DNA of 64,000 nucleotides from Dehalococcoidia bacterium (GTDB lineage: Bacteria > Chloroflexota > Dehalococcoidia > Plut-88900): contig OZ240219.1 in assembly GCA_965197645.1 (NCBI GenBank), forward strand, positions 705,157 through 769,156. The letters run 5' to 3'. Made by a program: the position numbers and the translations under genes. The notes below the pieces were generated by a model, which was not told the origin of the DNA, searched no databases, and was given only the letters and a program-made list of their open reading frames with translations. Shown piece by piece: positions 1-9,165 of this stretch (positions within the stretch are counted from its first letter, which is position 1; each line of letters begins with the position of its first letter).

Positions 1-2
1 GC

Positions 3-779
3 ATGGGGTACGGGGGAAACCAGGAGCCCTTCGGCCGGCTGGCCCGGCTGCTGCCCCTCTCGACGCTGGGGGCCTTGACCGGCGGGATGTCCGACGACGC
101 CCGGGCTCCGGCGGTGGCGGCATATCTTCTGGGGACGTCGGGGCTGCTGCCTTCCCAGTCGGGGGTGCCGCTGCCCAATCCTGCGAGGAGCAGTGGAGCG
201 GCCCTGGAGGAGATGTGGCGGGACTCGGGGTTGACCCGGGAGATGAAGCTCCCCGATTGGCGTACAACCCGCATCAGACCCGCAAACCAGCCTGCTAATC
301 GCATCGTGGGGGCGGCCCGGCTGATGTCCCGGTTTGCCCAGCTGCTGGAGGGCCTGCGGGACCTGCTCTTGAAGTCCCATTTTCAAGGTAGTCCGTCCCT
401 GTTGGAGGACGGTCTCATCGTGCCCGGGTACCTGGGAAGGGGCAGGGTAAGGGAGATGCTGGCCAGCGTGGTGTTGCCCTTCCTGTGGGGGCTGGGCGAA
501 GAGCGCCAACTGCCCGTGCTGGCCCAGGCTGCCGTGGAGCTGTTCCGCGGGATGCCAAAGGGCCAGGGTAACCGGGTCACCAGGGAGATGGAGGCCCAGC
601 TGCTGGGAGCGGCATCGAGGGGCGTGGTCAACTCGCTGGCGAGGCAGCAGGGGCTGATACACCTGTTCAAAGGCCCGTGTCGCTACGGGTCCTGTGAGGG
701 ATGCCCCCTGGGGCGGGCGCTGGGGGAGTTCAAGGGGACCATCGAAGGCGCACCGATAGCCGAGGAGGTAGATGGATGA
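3..779 (+). CDS. DUF2851-like protein, C-terminal portion (5' end outside window)
   Basis: The frame is open from the window edge. The RIRPANQPANRI motif and Cys-rich tail CRYGSCEGCPLG resemble DUF2851 from memory. The stop overlaps the next start (ATGA at 776-779). Confidence 0.4.
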   Translation: MGYGGNQEPFGRLARLLPLSTLGALTGGMSDDARAPAVAAYLLGTSGLLPSQSGVPLPNPARSSGAALEEMWRDSGLTREMKLPDWRTTRIRPANQPANRIVGAARLMSRFAQLLEGLRDLLLKSHFQGSPSLLEDGLIVPGYLGRGRVREMLASVVLPFLWGLGEERQLPVLAQAAVELFRGMPKGQGNRVTREMEAQLLGAASRGVVNSLARQQGLIHLFKGPCRYGSCEGCPLGRALGEFKGTIEGAPIAEEVDG

Positions 780-1075
780 AGATGGAGTACAGGCACGGCG
801 CCTCTCCGCAGGAGGCGCACGAGAAGATCGACGGGCTGCTGGCCGCTCTGGAGCGAAGGTATGGCGACCAGGTGAGCAGAGCACACAGGTCCTGGAACGA
901 GACCGGGAACGGGATGGAGTTCAGCTTGAACGTTCAGGGCATGACGCTGTCCGGGGAGCTGCACCTGGTCGATGACCGGGCCGTCATAGAGATCAAGCTG
1001 CCCTTTCTGGCCAGGGCGTTCAGCGGCCGAATCGAGAGCACGATGAGGGAGGAGCTGGACCGGCTGTTCAGGTAG
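776..1075 (+). CDS. small protein resembling the polyhydroxyalkanoic-acid-system family (~99 aa)
   Basis: The ATG at 776 is coupled to the upstream stop. The product MKMEYRHGASPQEAHEKIDGLL...W..TGNGMEFSL..QG has the size and layout of that family as I recall it. Confidence 0.45.
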   Translation: MKMEYRHGASPQEAHEKIDGLLAALERRYGDQVSRAHRSWNETGNGMEFSLNVQGMTLSGELHLVDDRAVIEIKLPFLARAFSGRIESTMREELDRLFR

Positions 1076-1104
1076 CGGGTTCGAGGGTACCGAGAGCCTT
1101 CGGA

Positions 1105-2151
1105 TCAGGCCAGGCGGGCCATGGGCAGGTTGGGGTAGACCTCCAGGTCCCAGCCGGAGCGCTCCCCACGCTGGAGGCGGTAGTAGCCGCAGGCGGCGAT
1201 CATAGCGGCGTTATCGGTGCACAACACCGGCTTGGGACAGGCCACGCTTACGGGAGAGCGGGAGGACATCGCCTCCCGGAGGGCGCCGTTGGCGGCCACT
1301 CCCCCCGACAGGAGCACCTGATCGACGCCGTGGCGCCGGGCCGTCTCGGCGGTGCGCTCCACCAGCATGTCCACGACGGCGTCCTGGAACCCCGCGGAGA
1401 CGTCGGCCACGACTTCGGGGGACTGGGACGGCTCATCCTCGTGGCCGTTGGCATCGATGCCCAGAGCCTGGGCGGTGCGAATGACGGCGGTCTTCAGGCC
1501 GCTGAAGCTGAAGTCGTCGCTGTCCCGTATCACCGCCCTGGGAAAGGGGTGGGGCGAGGAGGCGCCGCGGGCCGTCTTCTCTATGATGGGCCCCCCGGGA
1601 AAGCCCAATCCCAAGACACGGGCCACCTTGTCGAAGGCCTCGCCGGCGGCGTCGTCCCGGGTCCTTCCCAGGATGACGTAGTCGCCGTGACCCTTCATCA
1701 GCACCAGGTCAGTGTGGCCGCCGGAGACGATGAGACAGAGGTTGGGGAAGACGGGTGGCGCATGAGAGTCGTCCAACCGGATCCAGTTGGCGTAGACGTG
1801 GCCCTCCAGGTGGTTGATGCCCACCAGGGGCAGCTCGTGGGCCAGGGCCAGCGTCTTGGCCATGTTCATTCCCACCAGCAGGGACCCGGTCAGCCCGGGG
1901 CCCATGGTGACGGCGATGGCGTCCAGGTCCCGCCAGCCGACGCCGGCCTTTTCCAGTGCCATCGTCACCACGGGGACGATCTCCAGCATGTGCTGCCGCG
2001 AGGCGACTTCGGGCACGATGCCTCCGTACCTGGCGTGGATCTCCACCTGGGACGAGACGACGTTGGACAGGGCGTGGACGCCGCTATCTACCACGGCGGC
2101 CGCGGTCTCATCGCATGATGACTCTATTCCCAGTACCAGCATCCGTGTCAC
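1105..2151 (-). CDS. tsaD: tRNA N6-adenosine threonylcarbamoyltransferase TsaD (Kae1/Gcp family)
   Basis: 348 aa. Contains LGIESSCDETAAAV, HxEGH-type motif (INHLEGHV) and GGVAAN near the C-terminus. Ends in TGA. Confidence 0.95.
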   Translation of the reverse strand: MTRMLVLGIESSCDETAAAVVDSGVHALSNVVSSQVEIHARYGGIVPEVASRQHMLEIVPVVTMALEKAGVGWRDLDAIAVTMGPGLTGSLLVGMNMAKTLALAHELPLVGINHLEGHVYANWIRLDDSHAPPVFPNLCLIVSGGHTDLVLMKGHGDYVILGRTRDDAAGEAFDKVARVLGLGFPGGPIIEKTARGASSPHPFPRAVIRDSDDFSFSGLKTAVIRTAQALGIDANGHEDEPSQSPEVVADVSAGFQDAVVDMLVERTAETARRHGVDQVLLSGGVAANGALREAMSSRSPVSVACPKPVLCTDNAAMIAACGYYRLQRGERSGWDLEVYPNLPMARLA

Positions 2152-2325
2152 CTCACTCGGTCACGATTGACAGCGCTCTTTGATTACGGGCCTCGGCCGG
2201 TCTTGTAACTGGGAGTTCATCTCCCACCCTCTCTAGCTGAAAGCGAGGGCGCCGGTGTGCGCTGTCGGTCGTATAAACGGGTTCGGGCTCCTGAGCATAC
2301 AGTATAAGACAGACCGAGGCGGCTG

Positions 2326-2355
2326 TTAAGAGGACGGCGTACCGTCTGATATAAT
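2326..2355 (+). promoter_or_regulatory. possible sigma70-type promoter for proBA
   Basis: TTAAGA, then an 18-nt spacer, then a perfect TATAAT (2350-2355), about 30 nt upstream of the proB ORF start. Confidence 0.25.
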
Positions 2356-2385
2356 GGCGCACAACATGGAGATGGCAGGGTCCCC

Positions 2386-3576
2386 TTGAGCAGATCCGTC
2401 CCAACCCAGAGCCGGAAAGACACCGAGCTCCCCAGCGCAGTAAAGCCTGGGGAGTTGAGCTATCATCGACTGGTGGTGAAGCTGGGCAGCAACCTGCTGA
2501 CCGGCGATGACCGGGGGCTGAACGTAGAGGTGATGTCGTCCCTGGTCGGGCAGCTAGCCCGGCTGCACCGAGAAAACGCCGAGGTGATAGTCGTTTCCTC
2601 GGGGGCGATAGCCTCGGGGAGGGGAATACTCAGGTCCTTCGCGCAGGGGGCCAAGCACCGGGGAGCGCCCATGCGGCAGGTGCTGGCATCAGTGGGCCAG
2701 AGCAGGCTGATGCAGACCTACGACAAGCTTTTCGCCGACCAGGGCATCACCGTGGCCCAGGCCCTGGTGTCCCGGGGGGACCTGACGGACCGGTCCCGCT
2801 ATCTCAACGTTCGAAATGCCCTGTCCACCCTGGTGGAGCTGGGGGTGGTACCGATAGTGAACGAGAACGACGTGGTGGCCGTGGACGAGATACGAGGGGC
2901 CCACTTCGGGGACAACGACAACCTCTCGGCGATGGTGGCCAACCTGGTGGACGCCGACCTGCTGATGGTGCTGACCGATACGGCCGGCCTGTACACCTCC
3001 GATCCCCATCTGTACGAAGACGCCGAGCTGATCCGGCGGGTGGAGGTGATAGACGAGAAGATCGAGGCGATAGCGTCGGGAACCCGGAACCCTAGTGCAG
3101 TGGGGGGAATGGTCACCAAGGTACAGGCGGCCCGGCTGGCCACGTCATCGGGGATCGACGTGGCGGTGGCCGACGGCCATGTTCCGGACGTTATAGTCCG
3201 GCTGGCCGGGGGAGAGTCGCTGGGCACGCTGTTTCCCAGCCTGACGACCAGGAAGGAGAGCCGGAAGCGGTGGATGCTGACGGGCCTGAGCTCCCAGGGG
3301 ACGATCCAAGTAGACCAGGGTGCCGCGGGGGCACTGAAGCAAGGGGGCAAGAGCCTGCTTCCAGCGGGGGTGGTGGATGTAGAGGGGGAGTTCTGTCGGG
3401 GTGACCTGGTGGACATCATGGACCCATCGGGCCGGCGGATAGCGTGCGGGCTTACCAACTACGCCACCCATGAGGTGGGCTTGATCAAAGGGGTCCAGTC
3501 CAGCGCCATCGAGGGGCTGCTGGGGACGGAGTACGGGGAGGAGATAGTACACCGCAACAACCTGGTCTTGCTCTAG
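2386..3576 (+). CDS. proB: glutamate 5-kinase with C-terminal PUA domain
   Basis: Contains VVKLGSNLLT, VSSGAI and NENDVV motifs, with a PUA-like C-terminus. Lies directly upstream of proA. The TTG start is uncertain. Confidence 0.9.
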   Translation: MSRSVPTQSRKDTELPSAVKPGELSYHRLVVKLGSNLLTGDDRGLNVEVMSSLVGQLARLHRENAEVIVVSSGAIASGRGILRSFAQGAKHRGAPMRQVLASVGQSRLMQTYDKLFADQGITVAQALVSRGDLTDRSRYLNVRNALSTLVELGVVPIVNENDVVAVDEIRGAHFGDNDNLSAMVANLVDADLLMVLTDTAGLYTSDPHLYEDAELIRRVEVIDEKIEAIASGTRNPSAVGGMVTKVQAARLATSSGIDVAVADGHVPDVIVRLAGGESLGTLFPSLTTRKESRKRWMLTGLSSQGTIQVDQGAAGALKQGGKSLLPAGVVDVEGEFCRGDLVDIMDPSGRRIACGLTNYATHEVGLIKGVQSSAIEGLLGTEYGEEIVHRNNLVLL

Positions 3577-3680
3577 GCAGGGCGTGGCCCTGCACCCACA
3601 ACAAGCAGGGCACTGCCCTACGCCTATAACGTGACAACAAGAGAGTTGGAGCCTGTCTCAAAAGAAGGAACGTCTTGTTT

Positions 3681-3767
3681 CCAGCCGCCCGTCCTCGGAC
3701 GTTATTGTGGCTGGAGGCACATCCCCCATACCCCCTGCCAGAGAGAAGGTTCCCTCTGGACTCCCTC
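3681..3767 (-). repeat. family B hairpin repeat copy (proB-proA spacer)
   Basis: The sequence ggcacatcccccataccccctgccagagagaaggttccctctggactccctc matches copies at 31061, 43480, 43705, 49886, 55952 and 60165. Confidence 0.8.
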
Positions 3768-3860
3768 GATTCAGGGATCCGAATCAGGTTTGTCAACCCA
3801 TGACAACGCGTGCAAGCGGCGAGGAACATGGGACAACACATTGATTAGGAAACGGACGAT

Positions 3861-5144
3861 ATGACTATCACATCTGCGACGGGCCTGGAGGAGAAGGCGC
3901 GAGCGGCGAGAACGGCCTCCAAGGCGCTGGCTGAGGCTTCGACGGAGGCCAAGGACCGGATGTTGGCCCACATCGCCGAGGGCCTCGTCGCCCGGCAGGA
4001 AACGATCCTGGATGCCAACGAGGCGGACTGCCGGCAGGCGGCGGCCGACGGCATCAGCGGGGCGTTCCTGGACCGGCTTCGTCTGACCCCCCAACGGTTG
4101 GAGGAACAGGCGGAGGACGTTAAGCGGATAGCCGCGCTGCCCGATCCGGTAGGCGAGACCTACGACGAGCAAACGTTGCCCAACGGGCTGCGCATCTGCA
4201 AGCGGCGGGTGCCGCTGGGGGTCATCGGCGCCATATACGAAAGCAGGCCCAACGTTACCATAGACATCTCGGTGCTGTGCCTCAAATCGGGCAACGGGTT
4301 GGTGCTGCGGGGCGGAAAAGAGGCCCTCGGGTCCAACTCGGCGCTGGCTCTGCTGGTGCGGGACTCGCTGAAAGAGGCGGGGCTGCCCCAGGAGGCGGTG
4401 CAGTTCGTAGAGTCCACGGATAGGGTCCTGGTCCAACAGATGCTGGCCATGCGGGGACTGATCGACCTGATGGTGCCTCGAGGAGGCGCCGACCTGATCC
4501 GCCGGGTCAAAGAGGAGGCGAGCATGCCGGCGGTGACCGGCGGCGTCGGGGTGTGCCACACCTACGTCGACGCCTCGGCCGATGTGGACAAGGCCGTAGC
4601 CATTGCCTACAATGCCAAGGTGCAGCGACCCTCCGTCTGCAACGCCCTGGACACCTTGCTGATACACCGTGAGATAGCGCCCGAGTACCTGCCCCGCATC
4701 GCAGCGGAGTGGGGTGGGGCGGGGGTTGAGATTCGTTGCGACGAAGAGGCCCTGACCATTTTGAAGGGCCTTCCCGAGGCGGAATCAAACATCACGCCGG
4801 CCCGGGAAAGCGACTGGGGCCAGGAGTTCCTGGCGTTGGTCGCCTCGGTGAAGGTGGTGGACAGCCTCGAAGAGGCGCTTTCTCACATCGATGAGTACGG
4901 CTCCGGGCACTCCGAGGCGATACTGACCGAAGACGAATTCAATGCCGACCGGTTCCTGGACAGGGTGGACGCCGCAGCGGTGTTCGTCAACGCCAGCACC
5001 CGGTTCACCGATGGAGGCCAGTTCGGGCTGGGAGCCGAGGTGGGCATCAGCACCCAGAAGATGCACGCCCGGGGCCCGATGGGCCTCAGGGAGATGACCT
5101 CCTACAAGTGGATAGTTCAAGGTGAGGGACACGTTCGACCCTAA
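3861..5144 (+). CDS. proA: gamma-glutamyl phosphate reductase
   Basis: 427 aa aldehyde-dehydrogenase-fold protein with RPSVCNALDTLLIH and GSGHSEAILT motifs. Shows proBA synteny. Confidence 0.95.
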   Translation: MTITSATGLEEKARAARTASKALAEASTEAKDRMLAHIAEGLVARQETILDANEADCRQAAADGISGAFLDRLRLTPQRLEEQAEDVKRIAALPDPVGETYDEQTLPNGLRICKRRVPLGVIGAIYESRPNVTIDISVLCLKSGNGLVLRGGKEALGSNSALALLVRDSLKEAGLPQEAVQFVESTDRVLVQQMLAMRGLIDLMVPRGGADLIRRVKEEASMPAVTGGVGVCHTYVDASADVDKAVAIAYNAKVQRPSVCNALDTLLIHREIAPEYLPRIAAEWGGAGVEIRCDEEALTILKGLPEAESNITPARESDWGQEFLALVASVKVVDSLEEALSHIDEYGSGHSEAILTEDEFNADRFLDRVDAAAVFVNASTRFTDGGQFGLGAEVGISTQKMHARGPMGLREMTSYKWIVQGEGHVRP

Positions 5145-5158
5145 GGAGGAACACATAA

Positions 5159-5467
5159 ATGGCCGACTACAATTTCGAGCGGGAATGCCGCACCCCCTAC
5201 TCCGAAGTCTACACCATCACCGATGATGAGAACCCGGCGGGCAGGGTGGACATTCACTACACCAACAACGTGGTCCACGCCACCCTCGCAGTGCTGGAGA
5301 ACGTGACCCAGGACGGCATTCAGGAGCTGATAGACACGATAGACGAAGAGCTGGTGATGACCGCGGACGCAACCCGGGGGGACTTCATCGTCTCGGTCTA
5401 CCAGGGCCGGGACGTGGGGGTCTTCAGCGATGAGGACTTCGACGAGGACGGAGGGGAAAAGGGTTGA
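5159..5467 (+). CDS. hypothetical acidic protein (102 aa)
   Basis: Strong RBS (AAGGAGG) 8 nt before the ATG and 14 nt after the proA stop. No family recognised. Confidence 0.55.
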   Translation: MADYNFERECRTPYSEVYTITDDENPAGRVDIHYTNNVVHATLAVLENVTQDGIQELIDTIDEELVMTADATRGDFIVSVYQGRDVGVFSDEDFDEDGGEKG

Positions 5468-5548
5468 TGCGGTACAGAGATCGTCGATAACTGCCTGTAT
5501 TCGATGGAGTTGACCCTGTACCATATCTTGTGAGAGAACAAGTTGCCC

Positions 5549-5577
5549 TTGACTGGGCCCATCTTCGCCGATACAAT
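5549..5577 (+). promoter_or_regulatory. sigma70-like promoter (TTGACT-17nt-TACAAT)
   Basis: Near-consensus -35 and -10 boxes with a 17-nt spacer in a locally AT-richer intergenic region. Lies about 285 nt upstream of the SBP gene at 5863. Confidence 0.45.
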
Positions 5578-5862
5578 TTATCTTGATCAGTTAACGGCCA
5601 AAACCTAATATTTGGTTGCACCTGACCTGCTCCCTACCTCTCCGCCCGCAGGGCCTCCTACCCCTTACGATTCCGTATGAAGCACTCCTATTGTACCTTC
5701 ACATACGGGCCTACTAGACCCACAGGGTGCTCCATGACCACCCCGATCCCGTGGGCAGTAGGGGGTGCGATATGACCACTACGTGAACACCCAACCGTTG
5801 GACACTAGGGTCCGCCGGTATCCGTCTATTGTGGACCGACTTAGTTTTAGGAGGTCGAAACA

Positions 5863-7269
5863 ATGACTATGTATAAGAAGTTCATGAGGCGCCGCACCGT
5901 TCTGGGTATCGTCGCTGTAGTCTTGGCGTTGATGCTCGTGGCGGCCGCTTGCGGTGAGGAGGCTGCACCCGAGCCGACCGAGGAGGTCATGGAAGAAGTG
6001 ATGGAGGAGGAGGTCGAAGAGGTGATGGAAGAGGACGTGATGGAGGAGGAGGCGATGGAGGAAGAGATGGTAGAAGAGGTGATGGAAGAGGACGTGATGG
6101 AGGAGGAGATGGTCGAGGAGGTAATGGAAGAGGACGTCATGGAGGAGGAGCCGGGCGATGGGATGGTCGGACTGCGAGGTCCCGACGAGTGGACAGTCGA
6201 GAACCCGGCTACGTTGGAAGAGGTGGAAGCCGAGCTGGAGAAGCTCCGAGGCGGCAGCCTTGTGTTCGTATCCTGGGGCGGCGCCTACCAGAGCGCCCAG
6301 CGCCAGGCCTTCATCGTGCCCTTCGTAGAGAAATTCGGCATCGAGGTGATCGAAGAGAGCGTTCCGACGATCGCCAAGCAGCGGGCCATGGCCGAGACGG
6401 GCAACATCACCTGGCACGTCATCGACTGGGGTACCCCCGCCGTTTACCAGATGAGCGCCACCGGCCACCTGGAAGAGCTGGACTTCAGCATCATCGACAA
6501 CCGCAAGTACATGGAGATCATCAAGTGCCCCTACTGCGGAGGGGGAAGCATAACCTGGTCGGAAGTGCTGGCCTACAACACCGACACCTACCCCGACGGC
6601 CTGCCCGACATGTCGGCCTACTACGACACCGAGAGATACCCCGGCCGGCGGGGCTGGGCCTACTACAGCGATCCCGAGGAGGTCTTCGTCCTCCTGGGTG
6701 ACAACCCCTCGCTCCTTGATACCATGGAGGGTCGCTCCAGCCTCTCCCGGTTGAGCGACGAACAGTTGGACCGCGCGTACGAGCTGTTCGAGCAGTACGG
6801 GGACCAGGTAACCATGTTCTGGCAGACCGGTTCCGACTGTCCTCAGCTGCTTATCAGCGGCGAGCTGGACATGTGCACCGCCTGGAATGGACGGATCTAC
6901 GACGCCGCCAGGGAGGGCGCGCCGATAGCCATCTGCTGGCACTGCGGTCACAAGCTGAACACCGGCGTCTTCGTAGTCCCGGACGGGCTGGCGGAGCAGG
7001 ACCCGGACCAGATGTACCTGGTGAACCTCTTCATCGCCTGGGTCGGCTCCGGTAAGATCAACGCCGACAATGCCAAGTTCATCAGCTACGGCCCCGTCAA
7101 CCTGGACGGTCTTCCCTACCTGGACGACCCGGCCTTCGACGAGGTCCGGGACGAGCTCCCCTCGTCATCGTCCAACATCCCCTACGCCATCCTGACCGAC
7201 GAGAAGTGGGCGGGTGAGACGGGCGACGCTCGCTATGAGCGCTACCTGGAATGGCAGCAGAACCTGTAG
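5863..7269 (+). CDS. extracellular solute-binding lipoprotein (PotD/polyamine-type ABC SBP family) with Met/Glu repeat tether
   Basis: Signal peptide plus lipobox (LVAAAC), RBS AGGAGG, 57-aa E/V/M/D low-complexity segment, then an SBP body (VSWGGAYQ...CTAWNGRIYDA). Confidence 0.85.
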   Translation: MTMYKKFMRRRTVLGIVAVVLALMLVAAACGEEAAPEPTEEVMEEVMEEEVEEVMEEDVMEEEAMEEEMVEEVMEEDVMEEEMVEEVMEEDVMEEEPGDGMVGLRGPDEWTVENPATLEEVEAELEKLRGGSLVFVSWGGAYQSAQRQAFIVPFVEKFGIEVIEESVPTIAKQRAMAETGNITWHVIDWGTPAVYQMSATGHLEELDFSIIDNRKYMEIIKCPYCGGGSITWSEVLAYNTDTYPDGLPDMSAYYDTERYPGRRGWAYYSDPEEVFVLLGDNPSLLDTMEGRSSLSRLSDEQLDRAYELFEQYGDQVTMFWQTGSDCPQLLISGELDMCTAWNGRIYDAAREGAPIAICWHCGHKLNTGVFVVPDGLAEQDPDQMYLVNLFIAWVGSGKINADNAKFISYGPVNLDGLPYLDDPAFDEVRDELPSSSSNIPYAILTDEKWAGETGDARYERYLEWQQNL

Positions 7270-7321
7270 CTGGTCATAGCCTAGACACGACACAGGCAAT
7301 CTGGATTTGCCGAGAAGGAGA

Positions 7322-7352
7322 GTGGGCCTCCCGATGGTATCGGGAGGTCCAC
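7322..7352 (+). terminator. rho-independent-type terminator hairpin
   Basis: 14-bp stem gtgggcctcccgat/atcgggaggtccac with loop ggt, followed by TTTACAT. Confidence 0.6.
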
Positions 7353-7414
7353 TTTACATGCCAACAGAATACGTGCTTCTTCCTCCAACCAACCCACCGA
7401 TTTAGAGAGGCCTA

Positions 7415-7537
7415 TTGCGCAAAGTACTGTCGATTCTGATCTTGGCGGGCGTGTTGCTGACCCCGGCCGGCTGCGGAGGTGAGCTGGAACCCCCCGGACC
7501 GGTGGGCAGTAGGGGGTGCGATATGACCACTTCGTGA
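7415..7537 (+). pseudogene. duplicated 5' fragment (signal peptide only) of the beta-propeller lipoprotein gene
   Basis: TTG-start frame LRKVLSILILAGVLLTPAGCGGELEPPGP is a copy of the start of the gene at 9166. It runs into the duplication junction at 7501/7502 and stops after 40 codons. Confidence 0.6.
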
Positions 7538-7613
7538 ACGCTCAACCGATGGGCACAAGGGTTCGCCGGTATCCGTCCATTGTGAACCGACTTAGTGTTA
7601 GGAGGTCGAAACA

Positions 7614-9020
7614 ATGACTACGTATAAGAAGTTCATGAGGCGCCGCACCGTTCTGGGTATCGTCGCTGTAGTCTTGGCGTTTATGCTCGTTGCGGCCGCT
7701 TGCGGTGAGGAGGCTGCACCCGAGCCGACCGAGGAGGTCATGGAAGAAGTGATGGAGGAGGAGGTCGAAGAGGTGATGGAAGAGGACGTCATGGAGGAGG
7801 AGGCGGTGGAGGAAGAGATGGTAGAAGAGGTGATGGAAGAGGACGTGATGGAGGAGGAGATGGTCGAGGAGGTAATGGAAGAGGACGTGATGGAGGAGGA
7901 GCCAGGCGATGGGATGGTCGGACTGCGTGGTCCTGACCAGTGGACGGTTGACAACCCGGCTACGTTGGAAGAGGTCGAAGCCGAGCTGGAGAAGTTCCGA
8001 GGCTCAAGCTTCGTCTTCGTATCCTGGGGTGGCGCCTACCAGGCGGCCCAGCGCCAGGCCTACATCGTTCCCTTTGAAGAGAAGTTCGGCATAGACGTGG
8101 TCGAAGAGAGCGTGCCCACGGCCGCCAAGATCAGGGCCATGGTGGAGACGAGCAACATCGAATGGCACGTCATTGACAACGGTACGGGCAGCGCCTTCCA
8201 GCTAGCCCTAACTGGAGACCTGGAGGAGCTGGACTTCAGCATCATTGACAACCGGGACTACCTGGATGTCCTGAAGGCTCCCTGGTTCGGTGGCGGCGGC
8301 ATCACCTGGTCCGAGGTGCTGGCCTACAACACCGAGACTTACCCCGACGGCTTAGGGGACGTCTCCGCCTTTTACGATGACGAAAGGTACCCGGGTCGCA
8401 GGGGCTGGGCTTACTACGGTGATATTGCGGAGAGGTTCGTTCTCCTAGCCCAGGACCCTTCACTTCTGGACACTGTGGAAGGCCGCGCCAGCCTATCGAG
8501 CCTGACCGACGAGCAGCTGGACCGCTCCTACGAGCTGTTCGAGCAGTACAAAGACCAGATAAGCCTCTTCTGGCAGACCGGCTCGGACTGTCCCCAGCTA
8601 CTGATCAGCGGTGAGCTAGACATGTGCACTGCTTGGAACGGACGGATCTACGACGCCGCCCAGGAAGGCGCCCCCATAGCCGTCTGCTGGCACTGTGGCC
8701 ACATCCTGAAGACCGACACCTGGTACATCCCCAGGGGCTTGGCCGAGCAGGCCCCTGATACCTTCTATCTGGCCCAGCTATTCTTGGCCTGGACCGGATC
8801 ACCGGGGATCAACGCCAATATATCCAAGTACATCAGCTACGGTCCCATCAACATTAAGGCCCTTCCCTACTTGGATGCCCCCGAGTTCGATGTGGTGAGG
8901 GATGAGTTGCCTTCGTCTGCTTCCAACATTCAGTACGCCATCCTGGCGGATGAGAGGTGGGGTGGGGACACCGCCGACCTTCGCTACGAGCGCTACCTGG
9001 AATGGCAGCAGAACCTGTAG
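7614..9020 (+). CDS. extracellular solute-binding lipoprotein, tandem paralogue of 5863..7269
   Basis: Same length (468 aa), same signal peptide, lipobox and Met/Glu repeat. Offset by exactly 1751 bp from copy 1. Confidence 0.85.
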   Translation: MTTYKKFMRRRTVLGIVAVVLAFMLVAAACGEEAAPEPTEEVMEEVMEEEVEEVMEEDVMEEEAVEEEMVEEVMEEDVMEEEMVEEVMEEDVMEEEPGDGMVGLRGPDQWTVDNPATLEEVEAELEKFRGSSFVFVSWGGAYQAAQRQAYIVPFEEKFGIDVVEESVPTAAKIRAMVETSNIEWHVIDNGTGSAFQLALTGDLEELDFSIIDNRDYLDVLKAPWFGGGGITWSEVLAYNTETYPDGLGDVSAFYDDERYPGRRGWAYYGDIAERFVLLAQDPSLLDTVEGRASLSSLTDEQLDRSYELFEQYKDQISLFWQTGSDCPQLLISGELDMCTAWNGRIYDAAQEGAPIAVCWHCGHILKTDTWYIPRGLAEQAPDTFYLAQLFLAWTGSPGINANISKYISYGPINIKALPYLDAPEFDVVRDELPSSASNIQYAILADERWGGDTADLRYERYLEWQQNL

Positions 9021-9072
9021 CCGGTCATAGCCTAGACACGACACAGGCAATCTGGATTTGCCGAGAAGAAAA

Positions 9073-9103
9073 GTGGGCCTCCCGATGGTATCGGGAGGCC
9101 CAC
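9073..9103 (+). terminator. rho-independent-type terminator hairpin (duplicate of 7322..7352)
   Basis: Same hairpin (gtgggcctcccgat ggt atcgggaggcccac) followed by TTTACAT. Confidence 0.6.
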
Positions 9104-9165
9104 TTTACATGCCAATCGAGTACGTGTTTCTTCCTCCAACCGACCGACCGATTTAGAGAGGGCTA

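Noticed and set aside
5779-6951. 390-aa minus-strand ORF, plus the Ser/Thr/Ile-rich ORFs 5847..6140 and 7598..7954
   Set aside because: They are antisense shadows of the SBP genes. The S/T/I repeats are simply the reverse complement of the GAG/GAA/ATG repeat. They have no RBS and implausible composition.
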